64,000 bases of DNA from Deltaproteobacteria bacterium (GTDB lineage: Bacteria; Desulfobacterota; Desulfarculia; Adiutricales; JAFDHD01): assembly GCA_019308995.1 (NCBI GenBank), contig JAFDHD010000001.1, forward strand, positions 64,241 through 128,240, in the 5' to 3' direction. A model generated the notes under the pieces. That model made no database searches. It saw only the letters and a list, made by a program, of their open reading frames with translations, and was not told the origin of the DNA. Positions 1-10,563 of the stretch are shown here, piece after piece (position 1 is the first letter of the stretch; the number at the start of each line of letters is the position of its first letter). The translations under genes were made by a program, and so were the position numbers.

Positions 1-120
1 GGCCGGGAAAATCATGACCTGGACTCCCAGAGATGAACGGGATTATTCCCGCCTGTTTGCCAAGGCCTAGCGCCTGCTAAGACCAATCTCCCCGCCTTTC
101 TAAATGTCATCAGTTACCAT

Positions 121-148
121 GTAGGTCAGGGTGCGAAGCTCCCTGACA
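121..148 (+). repeat. REP-like unit: GTAGG followed by a short hairpin (TCAGGG...CCCTGA)
   Basis: The sequence is gtaggtcagggtgcgaagctccctgaca. The same GTAGGTCAGGGTG...CCCTGACA layout recurs at 36016-36054. Confidence 0.5.
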
Positions 149-252
149 GAGCTAGCTCAATATTTTATAAAATAAGGGATAAGCTTCGCCTTGAATTGAT
201 GTGTATTTACATCATAGAGAAATCTAGTCATATTCCTTTCTAAACTAAAATA

Positions 253-329
253 TGGTCGGGACGACTGGATTTGAACCAGCGACCCCTGCGTCCCGAACGC
301 AGTGCTCTACCAGACTGAGCCACGTCCCG
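253..329 (-). tRNA. tRNA-Pro (anticodon CGG), CCA encoded
   Basis: The reverse complement folds as CGGGACG/TG/GCTC-AGTCTGGTA-GAGC/A/CTGCG-TTCGGGA-CGCAG/GGGTC/GCTGG-TTCAAAT-CCAGT/CGTCCCG/A/CCA. It has a 7-bp acceptor stem, a canonical T-loop and the anticodon loop UU-CGG-GA. Confidence 0.9.
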
Positions 330-340
330 ACCAGGAGACA

Positions 341-369
341 ACTATAGCGAACCCGGTAAATGATGGCAA
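341..369 (-). promoter_or_regulatory. sigma70-like promoter for tRNA-Pro
   Basis: The minus strand reads TTGCCA-N17-TATAGT. The -10 element ends 11 nt upstream of the tRNA 5' end. Confidence 0.45.
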
Positions 370-483
370 GGGTAATATGGATGAACGATTATTCTGACTT
401 AAGTCAGCTTAAAGTGAAAAAAACGGGCTTAGTCATTTCGCCATAACTGTTAACATTCTAATTTTACGTGTAAATTAATTGAC

Positions 484-512
484 TTGACAGGAACGGTCAA
501 ATAGCCTACAGT
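484..512 (+). promoter_or_regulatory. sigma70-like promoter for the GerMN-like / EF-G paralog genes
   Basis: TTGACA-N17-TACAGT lies about 40 nt upstream of the 549 start. Confidence 0.4.
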
Positions 513-548
513 CCCTTTTCATGTTATTTAAGCATGTCAGGTTAACGG

Positions 549-1085
549 GTGGGCAAGCTAAGTGGCGAAAAAGACAGCGAAAAACCGATAGGCCCATGGC
601 CTATCTGGCTGGCCCTCCTTTTCACCCTTTTGTTCGCTTCCCCTGCTTACTCACTGCAAATAACTTTATACTTCCCTCACAAGAATGAGCCTTCCTTAGG
701 TGTTGAGAAACGGGAGATCAACTTTGGCTCATCCCTGACCGAGCAAGCCCGGAACGTGGTCCTAGCCCTCATGGCCGGCCCGCAAACCAACCTCACGCCG
801 GTCTTTAATCCCGGTGAGCATCTGAGGCAGGTCTTTGTGGACCAGGCCGGGATCGCCTACGTGGATCTCATGGCGACTGCCATTCGAGGGCTGCACGCCG
901 GCGTGCTGCGGGAACGTTTGTGCCTGTGGTCTCTGATCAACTCCCTCTGCCTGAACCTGGAAGGCGTCAAGGCGGTCGAGGTCCTGATCGAGGGCCAGAA
1001 GGTCCGGACCCTTTTCGGGCATGTGGATTTATCCCATGCCCTTTACCCTGACTTGAGCTTGATAAAAAAACATGGCCGAAAGTAA
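549..1085 (+). CDS. Exported GerMN-like domain protein
   Basis: 178-aa ORF with a GTG start and a hydrophobic N-terminal leader ([19 protein letters not shown]). The remainder resembles the GerMN (sporulation/germination) domain by eye. It overlaps the next gene by 14 nt. Confidence 0.5.
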   Translation: MGKLSGEKDSEKPIGPWPIWLALLFTLLFASPAYSLQITLYFPHKNEPSLGVEKREINFGSSLTEQARNVVLALMAGPQTNLTPVFNPGEHLRQVFVDQAGIAYVDLMATAIRGLHAGVLRERLCLWSLINSLCLNLEGVKAVEVLIEGQKVRTLFGHVDLSHALYPDLSLIKKHGRK

Positions 1086-3120
1086 CCGACTGCGCAGAAC
1101 CCGGAACATCGGGATCATCGCTCACATTGACGCGGGTAAGACCACTCTGACCGAGCGAATTTTATACTATACCGGCCGGACGCACAAGATGGGCGAGGTC
1201 CACAACGGCGAGGCCACCATGGACTGGATGCCCGAGGAGCAGGAACGAGGCATCACCATCACTTCGGCCGTGACGACCTGCCAGTGGCGGGAGGCGGTCA
1301 TTAACATCATTGACACTCCCGGTCACGTGGACTTCACCATCGAGGTCGAACGAAGCCTTCGCATTTTAGATGGCGCCATCGGGGTCTTCTGCGCCGTGGG
1401 CGGGGTGGAGCCTCAATCCGAAACCGTGTGGCGTCAGGCCGATCATTACCACGTGCCCAAGATTGCGTTTATCAATAAGATGGACCGAATCGGGGCGGAT
1501 TTTAATAACGTCGTTTCCATGCTCAGAGAGCGGTTGGAGGCGAATGTTCTTGAGCTTCAGCTTCCCTGGGGCAAGGAGGAAAACTTTCAGGGGGTCATTG
1601 ACCTGCTCCGCATGAAGTGTCTGACCTGGGATGCGGAAACCCTGGGGGAGGTGATGGAGGAGACGGAGATACCGCCGGAGATGATCCCAGAGGCTGAAAA
1701 GGCCAGGCTGAGGCTCCTGGAGACGGTGGCTGAGACCGACGACCAGATCATGGAAAAGTACCTGAGCGACGAGGAGATTACTACGGCCGAGCTCCTGTCC
1801 GCTATTGGGCGGGCGACCGTCAATCTTGAACTGGTGCCTGTTTTTTGCGGCGCGGCCTTGAGAAATCAGGGCGTGCAGCCGCTCCTGGATGGCATCGTGA
1901 ATTTCCTGCCTTCCCCGCTGGACATCGAGGTTGTCAGGGGTATGGTCCCAGAGAGCAATAAACTGGAAACGCGGCCGGCTGCGGCAAATGTCCCGCTGGC
2001 CGCTCTGGTTTTTAAGGTTATGATGGATCAGGGCCGAAAGCTATCCTACCTCAGGGTTTACTCTGGAAGGATGAAGAGAGGGGGCGAGGTCCTGAATGTT
2101 CGGCCGAATCAGCGCGAGCGGCTGGCGCGTATCCTGAGGATGCACTCGAACAAGCGGGAGCGGATTGATGAGGCCTCTGCCGGGGACATCGTCGCCGTAA
2201 TGGGGCTCAAGTCCGCCATCACCGGTGACACCATCTCCGACCCGGACCATCCTATTCAGCTTGAATCCATCGAGGTTTATGAGCCGGTCATCAATGTGGC
2301 CGTGGAACCGAAGACCTCTTCGGATCAGGAGAAGGTCACGACCGTCCTGGCCAAGCTGGCTGAGGAGGACCCGACCTTTCGTTTCTGGATGGACGAGGAC
2401 ACCGGCCAGACCATCATCTCTGGCATGGGGGAACTGCATCTTGACGTGCTGGTCCATCGGCTCGAACGGGAGTTTTCCGTGGACCTGAACGTGGGCCGGC
2501 CTCAGGTGGTCTTTCGGGAGACGGTGAGCCAAGAGGTCGAAGTCAAAGGCTGTTTTGACCGGGCGTTGGGCGGCACGCCTCATTTCGCCTCAGTCTGGCT
2601 GAGGGTATGGCCTTTGAAAAGAGGGTCCGGCTTTCGATATTACAGCGGCCTGGATGCCGGGGTCCTGCCAGAACCCTTCGAGCAGGCCGTGGAAGAGGCG
2701 GTGATGAATGCGGCCGGAAGCGGAGTCATCCTGGGCTATCCGGTCATTGACGTCGCAGTGACCTTATTTAAGGCTGAATACAAGGAGGGGGTTTCAACCG
2801 AGCCCGACTTTCGTGTGGCGGCCGGTCAGGCTTTTCAGGAGGCCTGCCAGCAGGCCGCGCCGGTCCTTCTGGAACCGATCATGAAGGTCGAGGTCATCGT
2901 GCCTGAGGAGTTCGTGGGCGATGTGATTACTGACTTAAACACCCGCCTGGGCAGGATCGAAAACATTGCCTCCCGCAAGACATTCAGAGTCATTACCACG
3001 GTGGTGCCGCTTTCTGAATTATTCGGATACGCCACGGCCCTGCGCTCGGCCAGTCAGGGTCGAGGCACCTTTACCATGCAGTTCTTCAGCTTCGACCTGG
3101 TGGCGCGAAAGAATCAGTGA
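1072..3120 (+). CDS. fusA: Elongation factor G paralog (translational GTPase)
   Basis: 682 aa with G motifs [17 protein letters not shown] and NKMD, plus EF-G domains II-V along its length. It is not in an rpsL-rpsG-fusA-tuf context, so it is likely a second EF-G copy. Confidence 0.9.
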   Translation: MAESNRLRRTRNIGIIAHIDAGKTTLTERILYYTGRTHKMGEVHNGEATMDWMPEEQERGITITSAVTTCQWREAVINIIDTPGHVDFTIEVERSLRILDGAIGVFCAVGGVEPQSETVWRQADHYHVPKIAFINKMDRIGADFNNVVSMLRERLEANVLELQLPWGKEENFQGVIDLLRMKCLTWDAETLGEVMEETEIPPEMIPEAEKARLRLLETVAETDDQIMEKYLSDEEITTAELLSAIGRATVNLELVPVFCGAALRNQGVQPLLDGIVNFLPSPLDIEVVRGMVPESNKLETRPAAANVPLAALVFKVMMDQGRKLSYLRVYSGRMKRGGEVLNVRPNQRERLARILRMHSNKRERIDEASAGDIVAVMGLKSAITGDTISDPDHPIQLESIEVYEPVINVAVEPKTSSDQEKVTTVLAKLAEEDPTFRFWMDEDTGQTIISGMGELHLDVLVHRLEREFSVDLNVGRPQVVFRETVSQEVEVKGCFDRALGGTPHFASVWLRVWPLKRGSGFRYYSGLDAGVLPEPFEQAVEEAVMNAAGSGVILGYPVIDVAVTLFKAEYKEGVSTEPDFRVAAGQAFQEACQQAAPVLLEPIMKVEVIVPEEFVGDVITDLNTRLGRIENIASRKTFRVITTVVPLSELFGYATALRSASQGRGTFTMQFFSFDLVARKNQ

Positions 3121-3204
3121 TACCGGGCACTCCCAGCAAGGCCTGTAATATAGTCTGTATAAGGTGCTGGATAGAAAAGCATCCGCTCCGGGCCTTACTT
3201 GGCC

Positions 3205-5097
3205 TTACATCAACTCTTCATTGATCTTGATTATGGACCGGGCGCGTAAATCCTCAAGCCACTGACGCAGGTAATTCTGGCTCTTTATGATCTGGAGGCG
3301 CCGGGTCAGGGCTGTCTGTTCTTTTTCAAATGATTCCTCGGAAGCAGGGATGATCTTTTTAAGGCGAATGATGTAGAAGCCTTTATCATCCTCATAGGGC
3401 TCTGGTGCGGTTTGTCCGGGCTGGGTCAGGGCGAAGGCGGCCGCGGTGAGGGTTTCATTGATTCCAATCTTGGGGATGCCGCCAATACGTGTGAAAGGGC
3501 CGGTGGATTCAGGACTGAGGTTAAAATCCTGGGTCAGTTGATCCCAGCGGCCATCTTTACCAAGCGCGGCCAGAAAACGAACAGCCTCTTTCCGGGCCAG
3601 CTCACCGGCCTTTTCATCCACCAGGTTACTCCTGACCGATTCCTTGATCTTATCCAGGGCCGGGATATATGAGTCTCTTTTTTCCAGCGCCTTGATGAGG
3701 TAATGACCATCCGGGAGGTCAACCAGGGGGCCGATCTCTCCTTCTTTAAGCGAGTGGGCCAATTCTGTGAATGTCCTCTGAAGGCCCAGATCATCCACCG
3801 GCTCGTTGATGGAGAAAAAATCTGTGAAGACCGGAGTGAGCTTGTATTCCTTGATCACCGCTTTGAAATCCTGGTTCAGACTGGCTTTTTCATAAACCTC
3901 AACCGCCAGGTCCGCAGCCAGTTCCCGGGCATTGTCCGAGATGATCTTCTTCTCGATTTCAGCCTTCACTTCTTCCAGGGGGCGTATTCCAGCTTCACGG
4001 TGATCTTCGACCTTGATGATATGAAACCCGTATTGAGTCCGGACCAGGTCGCTGACCTCACCCTTTTTAAGCTTAAACGCAGCTTCAGAAAAAGGTTTGA
4101 CCAACTGGTCCCGGGCCATCCAGCCCAACTCTCCACCTTCCTTGGCGGTGGAGTCCTGGGAATGCTTTCTGGCCAGAGTGGCAAAGTCTTCTCCTGCCTT
4201 GGCCTGCTTGAGCACGAGTTCGGCCTGAGTCTTGATCCGGGCGACCTCATCAGGAGAAGCGGCCTCGTCCACCTTGAACAGGATATGCCGGGCCTTGACC
4301 TTTTCCGGCTCTCGATATTTATCTAGGTTGAACTCATAGAACTCCTCGACCTCAGACGGTTCAATCGTAATCTGGTCTTCCAGGTCTTTGGGCCGGATAG
4401 CCAGGTAGGCGACTTTGACCTTGGCCGGAACCTGGTACCTGAGCTTGTTCTTTTCAAAGTAGTCCTTCAGTTCTTCTGGAGTAGTCTTGACCTTGTTTCT
4501 GAAATCCCCGGCTTTAAAGAGAATGAACTCCACGTCAACCCTGTCCCTGGTGAAATGGTAATTTTCACGGACCTCCGCTGGAACGACCTTGACGAAACTT
4601 ATGATGAGGCGGTTCATTTGCTGGATGGTCAGATCTCTGCGCTTGAGAATTTCGTAACTCTCCGGCGTGAAACCGATCCGGGCCAGAATGCTGCGGTATT
4701 TCCCTGCATTGAAGAGGCCGTCAACCTGGAAAGCGGGTGAGTTTAAAATGCCTTCTTGGAGTTCATTCTGGGTGACTTCGAGATTCAAAGAGCGCGCCAT
4801 CTGCGAAAGCAGCCGCTGGTTGATCAGGGTTTCGAGGGCCTGGTTTTTCAGGTCCAGGGTCTTGACCAGGTCGTCACTCCAGATCTGCCGGTACTGGTTC
4901 CGGGCCTGTTCGTACAGGTTGCGGTAAGCTTCCTGATACTCGGTAAACCCAATGGCTTCGTCATTGACTATTGCGACGTACTGGGGACTGCGTTCGCGAA
5001 AGCTTCCTGCTCCCCAGAAAACGAAGACCACGACAATGGCTCCAATCATGACATTAATGATCCAACTCTTGGCATGTCTTCGCATTAAATCAAGCAT
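3205..5097 (-). CDS. ppiD: Periplasmic chaperone / PpiD-like parvulin-type peptidyl-prolyl isomerase
   Basis: 630 aa. It starts MLDLMRRHAKSWIINVMIG followed by one TM helix, and carries a parvulin domain (ARHILFKV...GGELGWM...YGFHIIKVEDH). Confidence 0.8.
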   Translation of the reverse strand: MLDLMRRHAKSWIINVMIGAIVVVFVFWGAGSFRERSPQYVAIVNDEAIGFTEYQEAYRNLYEQARNQYRQIWSDDLVKTLDLKNQALETLINQRLLSQMARSLNLEVTQNELQEGILNSPAFQVDGLFNAGKYRSILARIGFTPESYEILKRRDLTIQQMNRLIISFVKVVPAEVRENYHFTRDRVDVEFILFKAGDFRNKVKTTPEELKDYFEKNKLRYQVPAKVKVAYLAIRPKDLEDQITIEPSEVEEFYEFNLDKYREPEKVKARHILFKVDEAASPDEVARIKTQAELVLKQAKAGEDFATLARKHSQDSTAKEGGELGWMARDQLVKPFSEAAFKLKKGEVSDLVRTQYGFHIIKVEDHREAGIRPLEEVKAEIEKKIISDNARELAADLAVEVYEKASLNQDFKAVIKEYKLTPVFTDFFSINEPVDDLGLQRTFTELAHSLKEGEIGPLVDLPDGHYLIKALEKRDSYIPALDKIKESVRSNLVDEKAGELARKEAVRFLAALGKDGRWDQLTQDFNLSPESTGPFTRIGGIPKIGINETLTAAAFALTQPGQTAPEPYEDDKGFYIIRLKKIIPASEESFEKEQTALTRRLQIIKSQNYLRQWLEDLRARSIIKINEELM

Positions 5098-5573
5098 CGG
5101 TGTATTCCTCAGAATGAATTTTTATTTATATATCTTGCCAATTGACAAGCTCTTCTTAAAGTCCAGACCGGAGATGTTATTATTTCATAATATAACCGTA
5201 GCTGAAAAGCAAGCCAGGGCCGAACCCGGAAGGTTTTTTTTATATTTACTCGCTGATAAATTGGAAAAGGGGAAAAGGCGGTCAAGTAAACCAGGATTAG
5301 AACTAAAGACTGAAGGAAAGGCATGAAGAGCGGGCCGTCAGTAGTCTTCATTTCCGTATTTGGTATGGATTGAAGGGATTTTTTGACCGAAAGAGGGAGG
5401 CTAGCCTTCCTATTGCGGCGGAGTGAAGACCGGCGATTTTGATAAGTATTTGATATTACAGCGTGAATTGTTTCACTAAAGAAACAAGTTGACAAATCCC
5501 TGTCATCTTGGATATACATCACCACGACCTTTGTAATCAACGCGCATCGGGATGCAAAGTGGATAAGGGGACC

Positions 5574-5945
5574 ATGGCTGCTTTCTTGTTGAAAGACTAC
5601 TTCTTTGTATTGATTTTTTTCCTGGTCGGGATTGCTTTTGCTGCGGTTCCTTTAATTTTAGCCGCTCTGATTACTCCCAAAACCATAGGACAAGACACGC
5701 TCAAGACTTATGAAAGCGGGATGCTTCCTTTTGGGAGCGCCTGGGTTCAATTTGGCGTGGCTTACTACCTTTTTGCCTTGATCTTTCTGGCCTTTGACGT
5801 AGATGTCCTCTTTCTCTTCCCCGTACTTATGGCTTACGGGGAGCAGTTTGTCATTCGGGACTTCATTGAATTAATTATTTTTATAGGCATTCTTAGTCTG
5901 GCCATTATTTACGCCTGGCGTGAGGGTGTTTTTGATTGGAAGTAA
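5574..5945 (+). CDS. nuoA: NADH-quinone oxidoreductase subunit A
   Basis: Three-TM NuoA/ND3-like sequence. I prefer the ATG at 5574, which is preceded by AAGGGGA, over the ORF-track start at 5508. Confidence 0.85.
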   Translation: MAAFLLKDYFFVLIFFLVGIAFAAVPLILAALITPKTIGQDTLKTYESGMLPFGSAWVQFGVAYYLFALIFLAFDVDVLFLFPVLMAYGEQFVIRDFIELIIFIGILSLAIIYAWREGVFDWK

Positions 5946-5991
5946 ATTTTAAGCTATCCTGGCATGGATCTCGCCAGGGGCCGTCTGAACT

Positions 5992-6576
5992 TTGAAAGGC
6001 AGTTTGAGCGTGACTTCTGAAAGTGAGGGAAAACTGATTCGTTCGGCCGAGCCGATCATTCACCTTACTACCCTGGAAAATATTCTCGGCGTACCGCGGG
6101 CCAGTTCGCTCATGGTCTTGACCTTCGGGCTTGCCTGCTGCGCCATTGAGATGATGGCTGCCGGCGCGGCAAAGTTTGACTGGGGGCGTTTCGGTGTCAT
6201 TCCCAGAGGTACGCCCCGGCAGGCGGACTTGATGATCATCGCCGGGACCATCTCGCGTAAGATGGCGCCGACCATTGTAACCTTATGGGAACAGATGGCC
6301 GCCCCGAAATGGGTTCTCGCCATGGGCAACTGCGCTATCTCCGGGGGGCCATTCGCTCATGAAACCCAGTATGCCATTGTCAACGGTGCGGATGAGATTG
6401 TGCCGGTTGACGTTTATGTTCCTGGCTGCCCTCCCCGGCCGGAGGGATTGATCCAAGGCATTTTAACCCTCCAGGATAAGATCACCGGCGGTCAGAAAAA
6501 CAACGTCCTTCGGAGATTTGACAGACAGCGAGGCGACAGGCGTGACTTCATCAAACGTGTCAAAAGAATTGATTGA
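5992..6576 (+). CDS. nuoB: NADH-quinone oxidoreductase subunit B
   Basis: The N2-cluster motifs are present: [19 protein letters not shown] and VPGCPPRPE. Confidence 0.9.
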   Translation: MKGSLSVTSESEGKLIRSAEPIIHLTTLENILGVPRASSLMVLTFGLACCAIEMMAAGAAKFDWGRFGVIPRGTPRQADLMIIAGTISRKMAPTIVTLWEQMAAPKWVLAMGNCAISGGPFAHETQYAIVNGADEIVPVDVYVPGCPPRPEGLIQGILTLQDKITGGQKNNVLRRFDRQRGDRRDFIKRVKRID

Positions 6577-7021
6577 AGAGTTGGCGCCGGTGGAGGTCCA
6601 CGATGTGGACTACACCAAAGCCGGGTCTCACGTGGACGTGACCGTAGAGCCGGACCAGGTGCACAGGGTTGCCGAATGGCTGAACGGCCGGGGGTACTTC
6701 CTGGAGGACCTTACTGCGGTGGACAGAGGAAGCCTTCGGGAGATGGTATACCGCTTTAATCAGCATATCGAGGCTCACCGCATTACTATCAGGGTCAATC
6801 TTGGTCCTGAGGACGAGGTGGATACGATCAGCGATATTTACGCTGCCGCGAACTGGCAGGAGCGGGAGTGTCACGAGTTTTTAGGGGTCAAGTTCAAGGG
6901 TCATCCAGACCTGAGGCGCCTCCTTTTACCGGAAGACGCCGACTTCTTTCCTTTGCGCAAGGATTTCAAGGTTCCGCCTGAGGCGCTGGCGCCTGAATAT
7001 TATCAGGAAGAAAATGACTGA
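6518..7021 (+). CDS. nuoC: NADH-quinone oxidoreductase subunit C
   Basis: 167-aa NuoC/30-kDa-like protein ([26 protein letters not shown]). The start is uncertain: the 59-nt overlap with nuoB suggests a downstream GTG or TTG. Confidence 0.8.
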   Translation: MTDSEATGVTSSNVSKELIEELAPVEVHDVDYTKAGSHVDVTVEPDQVHRVAEWLNGRGYFLEDLTAVDRGSLREMVYRFNQHIEAHRITIRVNLGPEDEVDTISDIYAAANWQERECHEFLGVKFKGHPDLRRLLLPEDADFFPLRKDFKVPPEALAPEYYQEEND

Positions 7022-8165
7022 AGGCAATATCACATCCCTTGACACGGAAAAAAAAGTCGCCTCCGGCCTGACCGAACAAACGTTCTGGCTGAACATGGGC
7101 CCCCAGCATCCGGCCACGCATGGGGTGCTCCGGATTGTACTTCACCTGGACGGCGAAAGGGTGGTTGAGGCTGAGCCGGTCATTGGTTATGTCCATCGCG
7201 GTCATGAAAGGATGGGCGAAACCCGCGGCTACGCGCAGTTCTTGCCCAATAACTCCCGCATGGACTACCTCGGCGCCATGACATACAACCACGCCTACTG
7301 CGCGGCCGTGGAAAAGCTGGCGGGTATCGAGGTTCCTCCCCGGGCGGAATATATTCGTGTCATCACCTCGGAATTCAACAGACTATCTTCCCACCTCCTG
7401 TTTCTCGGCGCCTATCTCATGGACCTGGGCGCCTTCACGCCGTTTCTGTATATCTGGGAGGAACGAGAAGAGATCAATGATATTTTGAATCATGTTACCG
7501 GGTCCCGGCTGACTTACTGTTACAATCGGTTTGGCGGTGTGCACAAGGATATTGACGATCAGTTCACGGCCGGGGCCCGGGCCTATATCAAACGCCAGCG
7601 CAAGCGGTTTAAGATGTATGATAAGCTGGTCACAGGCAACGTCATTTTTCAGAACCGGACCCAGGGTGTGGGCGCGATCACTCCTGAACAGGCCTTTAAT
7701 TACGGTGTGACCGGACCATGCCTCAGGGCCTGCGGCGTGGAGTACGACATTCGCAAGAAGGAGCCTTACTCGGTCTACTCCGAGGTTGAGTTTATGATCC
7801 CCACGGGCCGTAACGGCGACGCCTTTGATCGTTATGCGGTCAGGCTTGCTGAAATGGAGCAGAGCCTGCGCATCATCGAACAATGTCTCGACCGTCTGCC
7901 TCAGGGCGCATACATTAACGATAATGTTCCTCAGTATCTGGCCCCGGACCCTGGCGAGGTGTTCTTCGCCTTTGAGAGTCCGAGGGGAGAGACGAATATT
8001 TTCATAGTCAGCGACGGGAGCCGCATCCCCTACCGCATGCACTGGAAAACGCCTTCTTACACTAACCTTTCGATTTTAGCCGAACTGGTCCGCGGTCAGT
8101 TCATTGCTGATGTTATCTCAATCATGGGCAGCCTGGATCTGGTCATCCCGGAGATTGACAAATGA
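7014..8165 (+). CDS. nuoD: NADH-quinone oxidoreductase subunit D
   Basis: 383-aa NuoD/49-kDa-like protein with [12 protein letters not shown] near the N-terminus. Confidence 0.9.
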   Translation: MTEGNITSLDTEKKVASGLTEQTFWLNMGPQHPATHGVLRIVLHLDGERVVEAEPVIGYVHRGHERMGETRGYAQFLPNNSRMDYLGAMTYNHAYCAAVEKLAGIEVPPRAEYIRVITSEFNRLSSHLLFLGAYLMDLGAFTPFLYIWEEREEINDILNHVTGSRLTYCYNRFGGVHKDIDDQFTAGARAYIKRQRKRFKMYDKLVTGNVIFQNRTQGVGAITPEQAFNYGVTGPCLRACGVEYDIRKKEPYSVYSEVEFMIPTGRNGDAFDRYAVRLAEMEQSLRIIEQCLDRLPQGAYINDNVPQYLAPDPGEVFFAFESPRGETNIFIVSDGSRIPYRMHWKTPSYTNLSILAELVRGQFIADVISIMGSLDLVIPEIDK

Positions 8166-9211
8166 GCCCTGTCTCTGATCCTGGTTTCTTATTGTACTTC
8201 TTAACGCAGGCGACCGAGCGTGAGCCAGGTTTTTGGAACTGGGCTTTTTACTGGTTCAGTCAGGAGGTGGTCGTGGTGGTGGTGGGGCTGCTTCTAATCA
8301 TCGGCTTTGTGACCATCAATGCCATAGGCCTGATATACGCAGAACTTAAAATTGCGGGTCATATTCAGCGTCGTCCGGCCATGATGGAGGTGGGGTGGCA
8401 TGGATTCCTGCAGCCGGTCATGGACGCGGTCAAACTCCTGGTCAAGGAGCTGACCACGCCGACGGCCGTCAACAGACCGCTTTTTGTGGTGGCGCCGGTG
8501 ATCGTTTTCCTGCCGGTTTTAATCGCCTTTATCGTCATCCCCTTCAGCGAGCGACTCATTGTCCGGGACTTGAATTTGGGGCTGCTTTTAATCTTTGCCT
8601 TTTCCGCTCTCAACGTTATCGGAATCCTGATCGGCGGTTGGGCTTCAAACAATAAATACTCCCTCCTGGGCGCCCTGCGGTCGGTGTCTCAGAATGTGGC
8701 CTATGAGATCCCCATTCTCCTTTCGGTGATGTCCGTGGTGATCATGACCAACACCTTGAGGATGACGGAACTGGTTGCGGCTCAGGAAAAGGTCTGGTTT
8801 GTACTTGTGCAGCCGGTGGCGGCGATACTTTATTTTATTGCCGCTACGGCTGAAACGAACCGGCTGCCTTTTGATATCCCGGAGGCGGAGGGAGAACTCG
8901 TGGCTGGATTTCACTCGGAGTATTCTGGCATGCGTTTCGCCCTGTTCTTCCTGGCTGAATACAGCAACATGTTTATCGTGGCCGCAGTCTTTGCCACCCT
9001 TTTTCTCGGGGGCTGGCACGGCCCTATCTTACCGGGACCGATCTGGTTCTTGCTAAAGGTTTATGTCCTTGTCTTCCTGGTTATTGTGGCGCGGTGGACT
9101 TTTCCCCGGCTGCGTTTCGACCAGCTAATGACACTGGCCTGGAAGGTTTTAATCCCGTTCGCCCTGGCCAATCTGCTGGTCACCGCTCTGGTCATCAAGT
9201 TGATCAGGTGA
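8162..9211 (+). CDS. nuoH: NADH-quinone oxidoreductase subunit H
   Basis: Polytopic NuoH/ND1-like protein ([25 protein letters not shown]). It has an ATGA overlap with nuoD and follows nuoD directly. Confidence 0.9.
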   Translation: MSPVSDPGFLLYFLTQATEREPGFWNWAFYWFSQEVVVVVVGLLLIIGFVTINAIGLIYAELKIAGHIQRRPAMMEVGWHGFLQPVMDAVKLLVKELTTPTAVNRPLFVVAPVIVFLPVLIAFIVIPFSERLIVRDLNLGLLLIFAFSALNVIGILIGGWASNNKYSLLGALRSVSQNVAYEIPILLSVMSVVIMTNTLRMTELVAAQEKVWFVLVQPVAAILYFIAATAETNRLPFDIPEAEGELVAGFHSEYSGMRFALFFLAEYSNMFIVAAVFATLFLGGWHGPILPGPIWFLLKVYVLVFLVIVARWTFPRLRFDQLMTLAWKVLIPFALANLLVTALVIKLIR

Positions 9212-9223
9212 GAAAGACGCTCA

Positions 9224-9688
9224 ATGAATAGTGTCATAAAATATTTTCGTAATATCATCGTAGGCGGATGGTCTCTTGTCCTGGGCTACTCTGTGACCAT
9301 CCCCGAGATCTTCAAGCCGATAATCACGGTCCAGTATCCGCGCCAGAAGCTCGAAATGGATGTGGGTTACCGGGGTCATATCGAGCTGGTCAGGCTGCCC
9401 GGGGAGGATGGTCATTTTTGCTTGGCCTGCGGCACCTGCGAACGGGCCTGTCCTTCAAAAGTGATAAAAATCCAGGGGGTCAAACCAAAAGCCGGCGCAA
9501 ATAAGGCGGGGGTGATGTATTTGATTGATTTTTCACGGTGCAGTCTGTGCGGTATTTGCGTGGATGTCTGTCCGGTGGACGCTCTTCGTCACTCCATGGC
9601 CTATGATCTTGCTTTTTACTCCAGGTGGGACAACGTCATTGATCTAGTGGCTCGTTTTAAGGAACAGCAGGAGCAGGAGAGAAGTTAA
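9224..9688 (+). CDS. nuoI: NADH-quinone oxidoreductase subunit I (2x[4Fe-4S])
   Basis: It contains two CX2CX2CX3CP motifs: CLACGTCERACP and CSLCGICVDVCP. Confidence 0.9.
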   Translation: MNSVIKYFRNIIVGGWSLVLGYSVTIPEIFKPIITVQYPRQKLEMDVGYRGHIELVRLPGEDGHFCLACGTCERACPSKVIKIQGVKPKAGANKAGVMYLIDFSRCSLCGICVDVCPVDALRHSMAYDLAFYSRWDNVIDLVARFKEQQEQERS

Positions 9689-9691
9689 GCC

Positions 9692-10255
9692 ATGGAATCT
9701 CTACTGGAGCTGATTAAACCCTTACCTGAGATTATAAAACCCGAATGGGTCGCTCAAGCCGCCTTTTATTTCATCGTCGGCGTTACTTTAGCCGGGGCGA
9801 TCTTCGCTGTATTCCTGAGGCAGATCGTCCACAACATTCTAGGATTGATTGTGGCTCTTTTTGGAGTGGCTGGCCTGTTCGTCTATTTGAATTCAGAATT
9901 CCTGGCCTTGATGCAGATTCTTATTTACATTGGAGCGGTTTGTATTGCCATCGTTTTTGCCATCATGCTGTCCGATCCGATGTACAAGAAGCCGCCCCAG
10001 CGCCGTCTGCCCCAGGTGCTCTTATCCGTGCTGCTCAGCCTGCTGATCCTGGGGGTTTTTCTATCCGTAATTACCAGGACGCCATTGAAAGCGGCGGCTG
10101 AAAGGTCAAACGATTGGTCTGTGAGCACCATTGGCAGTTTGCTTTTGACTCGCTACGCCCTCGTCTTTGAACTGATCTCTCTGGTTCTGGTGGTGGCCAT
10201 TATAGGGGCGATCGTCATCGCCGGCGAAGGCCGGAAACAGAGGTCGGCCAAGTGA
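9692..10255 (+). CDS. nuoJ: NADH-quinone oxidoreductase subunit J
   Basis: 187-aa multi-TM protein in the position expected within the nuo operon. Confidence 0.8.
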   Translation: MESLLELIKPLPEIIKPEWVAQAAFYFIVGVTLAGAIFAVFLRQIVHNILGLIVALFGVAGLFVYLNSEFLALMQILIYIGAVCIAIVFAIMLSDPMYKKPPQRRLPQVLLSVLLSLLILGVFLSVITRTPLKAAAERSNDWSVSTIGSLLLTRYALVFELISLVLVVAIIGAIVIAGEGRKQRSAK

Positions 10256-10560
10256 ACCAGCTTGAAGTTTACCTTTTTGTGGCACTGGTCATGTTCTGTC
10301 TGGGCCTGCTGGGCGTCCTGCAGCACCGCTCTCTGATCGCCATGCTCATCTCCGTGGAGTTGATGCTCAACGCCGCCAGCATTAATTTCATGGCTTTCAA
10401 CCGGTTTTTGACGCCAGAGCCGGCGGTGGGACAGATCGTGACCCTGTTTATCATCGGCACCGCCGCGGCCGAGGCCGCCGTTGGGCTATCCATCATTCTG
10501 GCTGTATTCAGGCGTTACCAGAGCATTGATGTCGAAAAGGCCCGGGAACTCAAGGGATAA
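10252..10560 (+). CDS. nuoK: NADH-quinone oxidoreductase subunit K
   Basis: 102-aa three-TM NuoK/ND4L-like protein, overlapping nuoJ by 4 nt. Confidence 0.85.
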   Translation: MNQLEVYLFVALVMFCLGLLGVLQHRSLIAMLISVELMLNAASINFMAFNRFLTPEPAVGQIVTLFIIGTAAAEAAVGLSIILAVFRRYQSIDVEKARELKG

Positions 10561-10563
10561 ATT

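Noticed and set aside
2-69. Open frame ending at TAG 67-69 (…GKIMTWTPRDERDYSRLFAKA), possibly the 3' end of an upstream gene
   Set aside because: Only 22 codons are visible and I recognise no motif, so I cannot support a call.
5109-5540. 143-aa minus-strand and 124-aa plus-strand ORFs in the ppiD-nuoA divergent region
   Set aside because: They overlap each other and the predicted nuoA promoter. They lack ribosome-binding sites and motifs, and are likely non-coding regulatory DNA.
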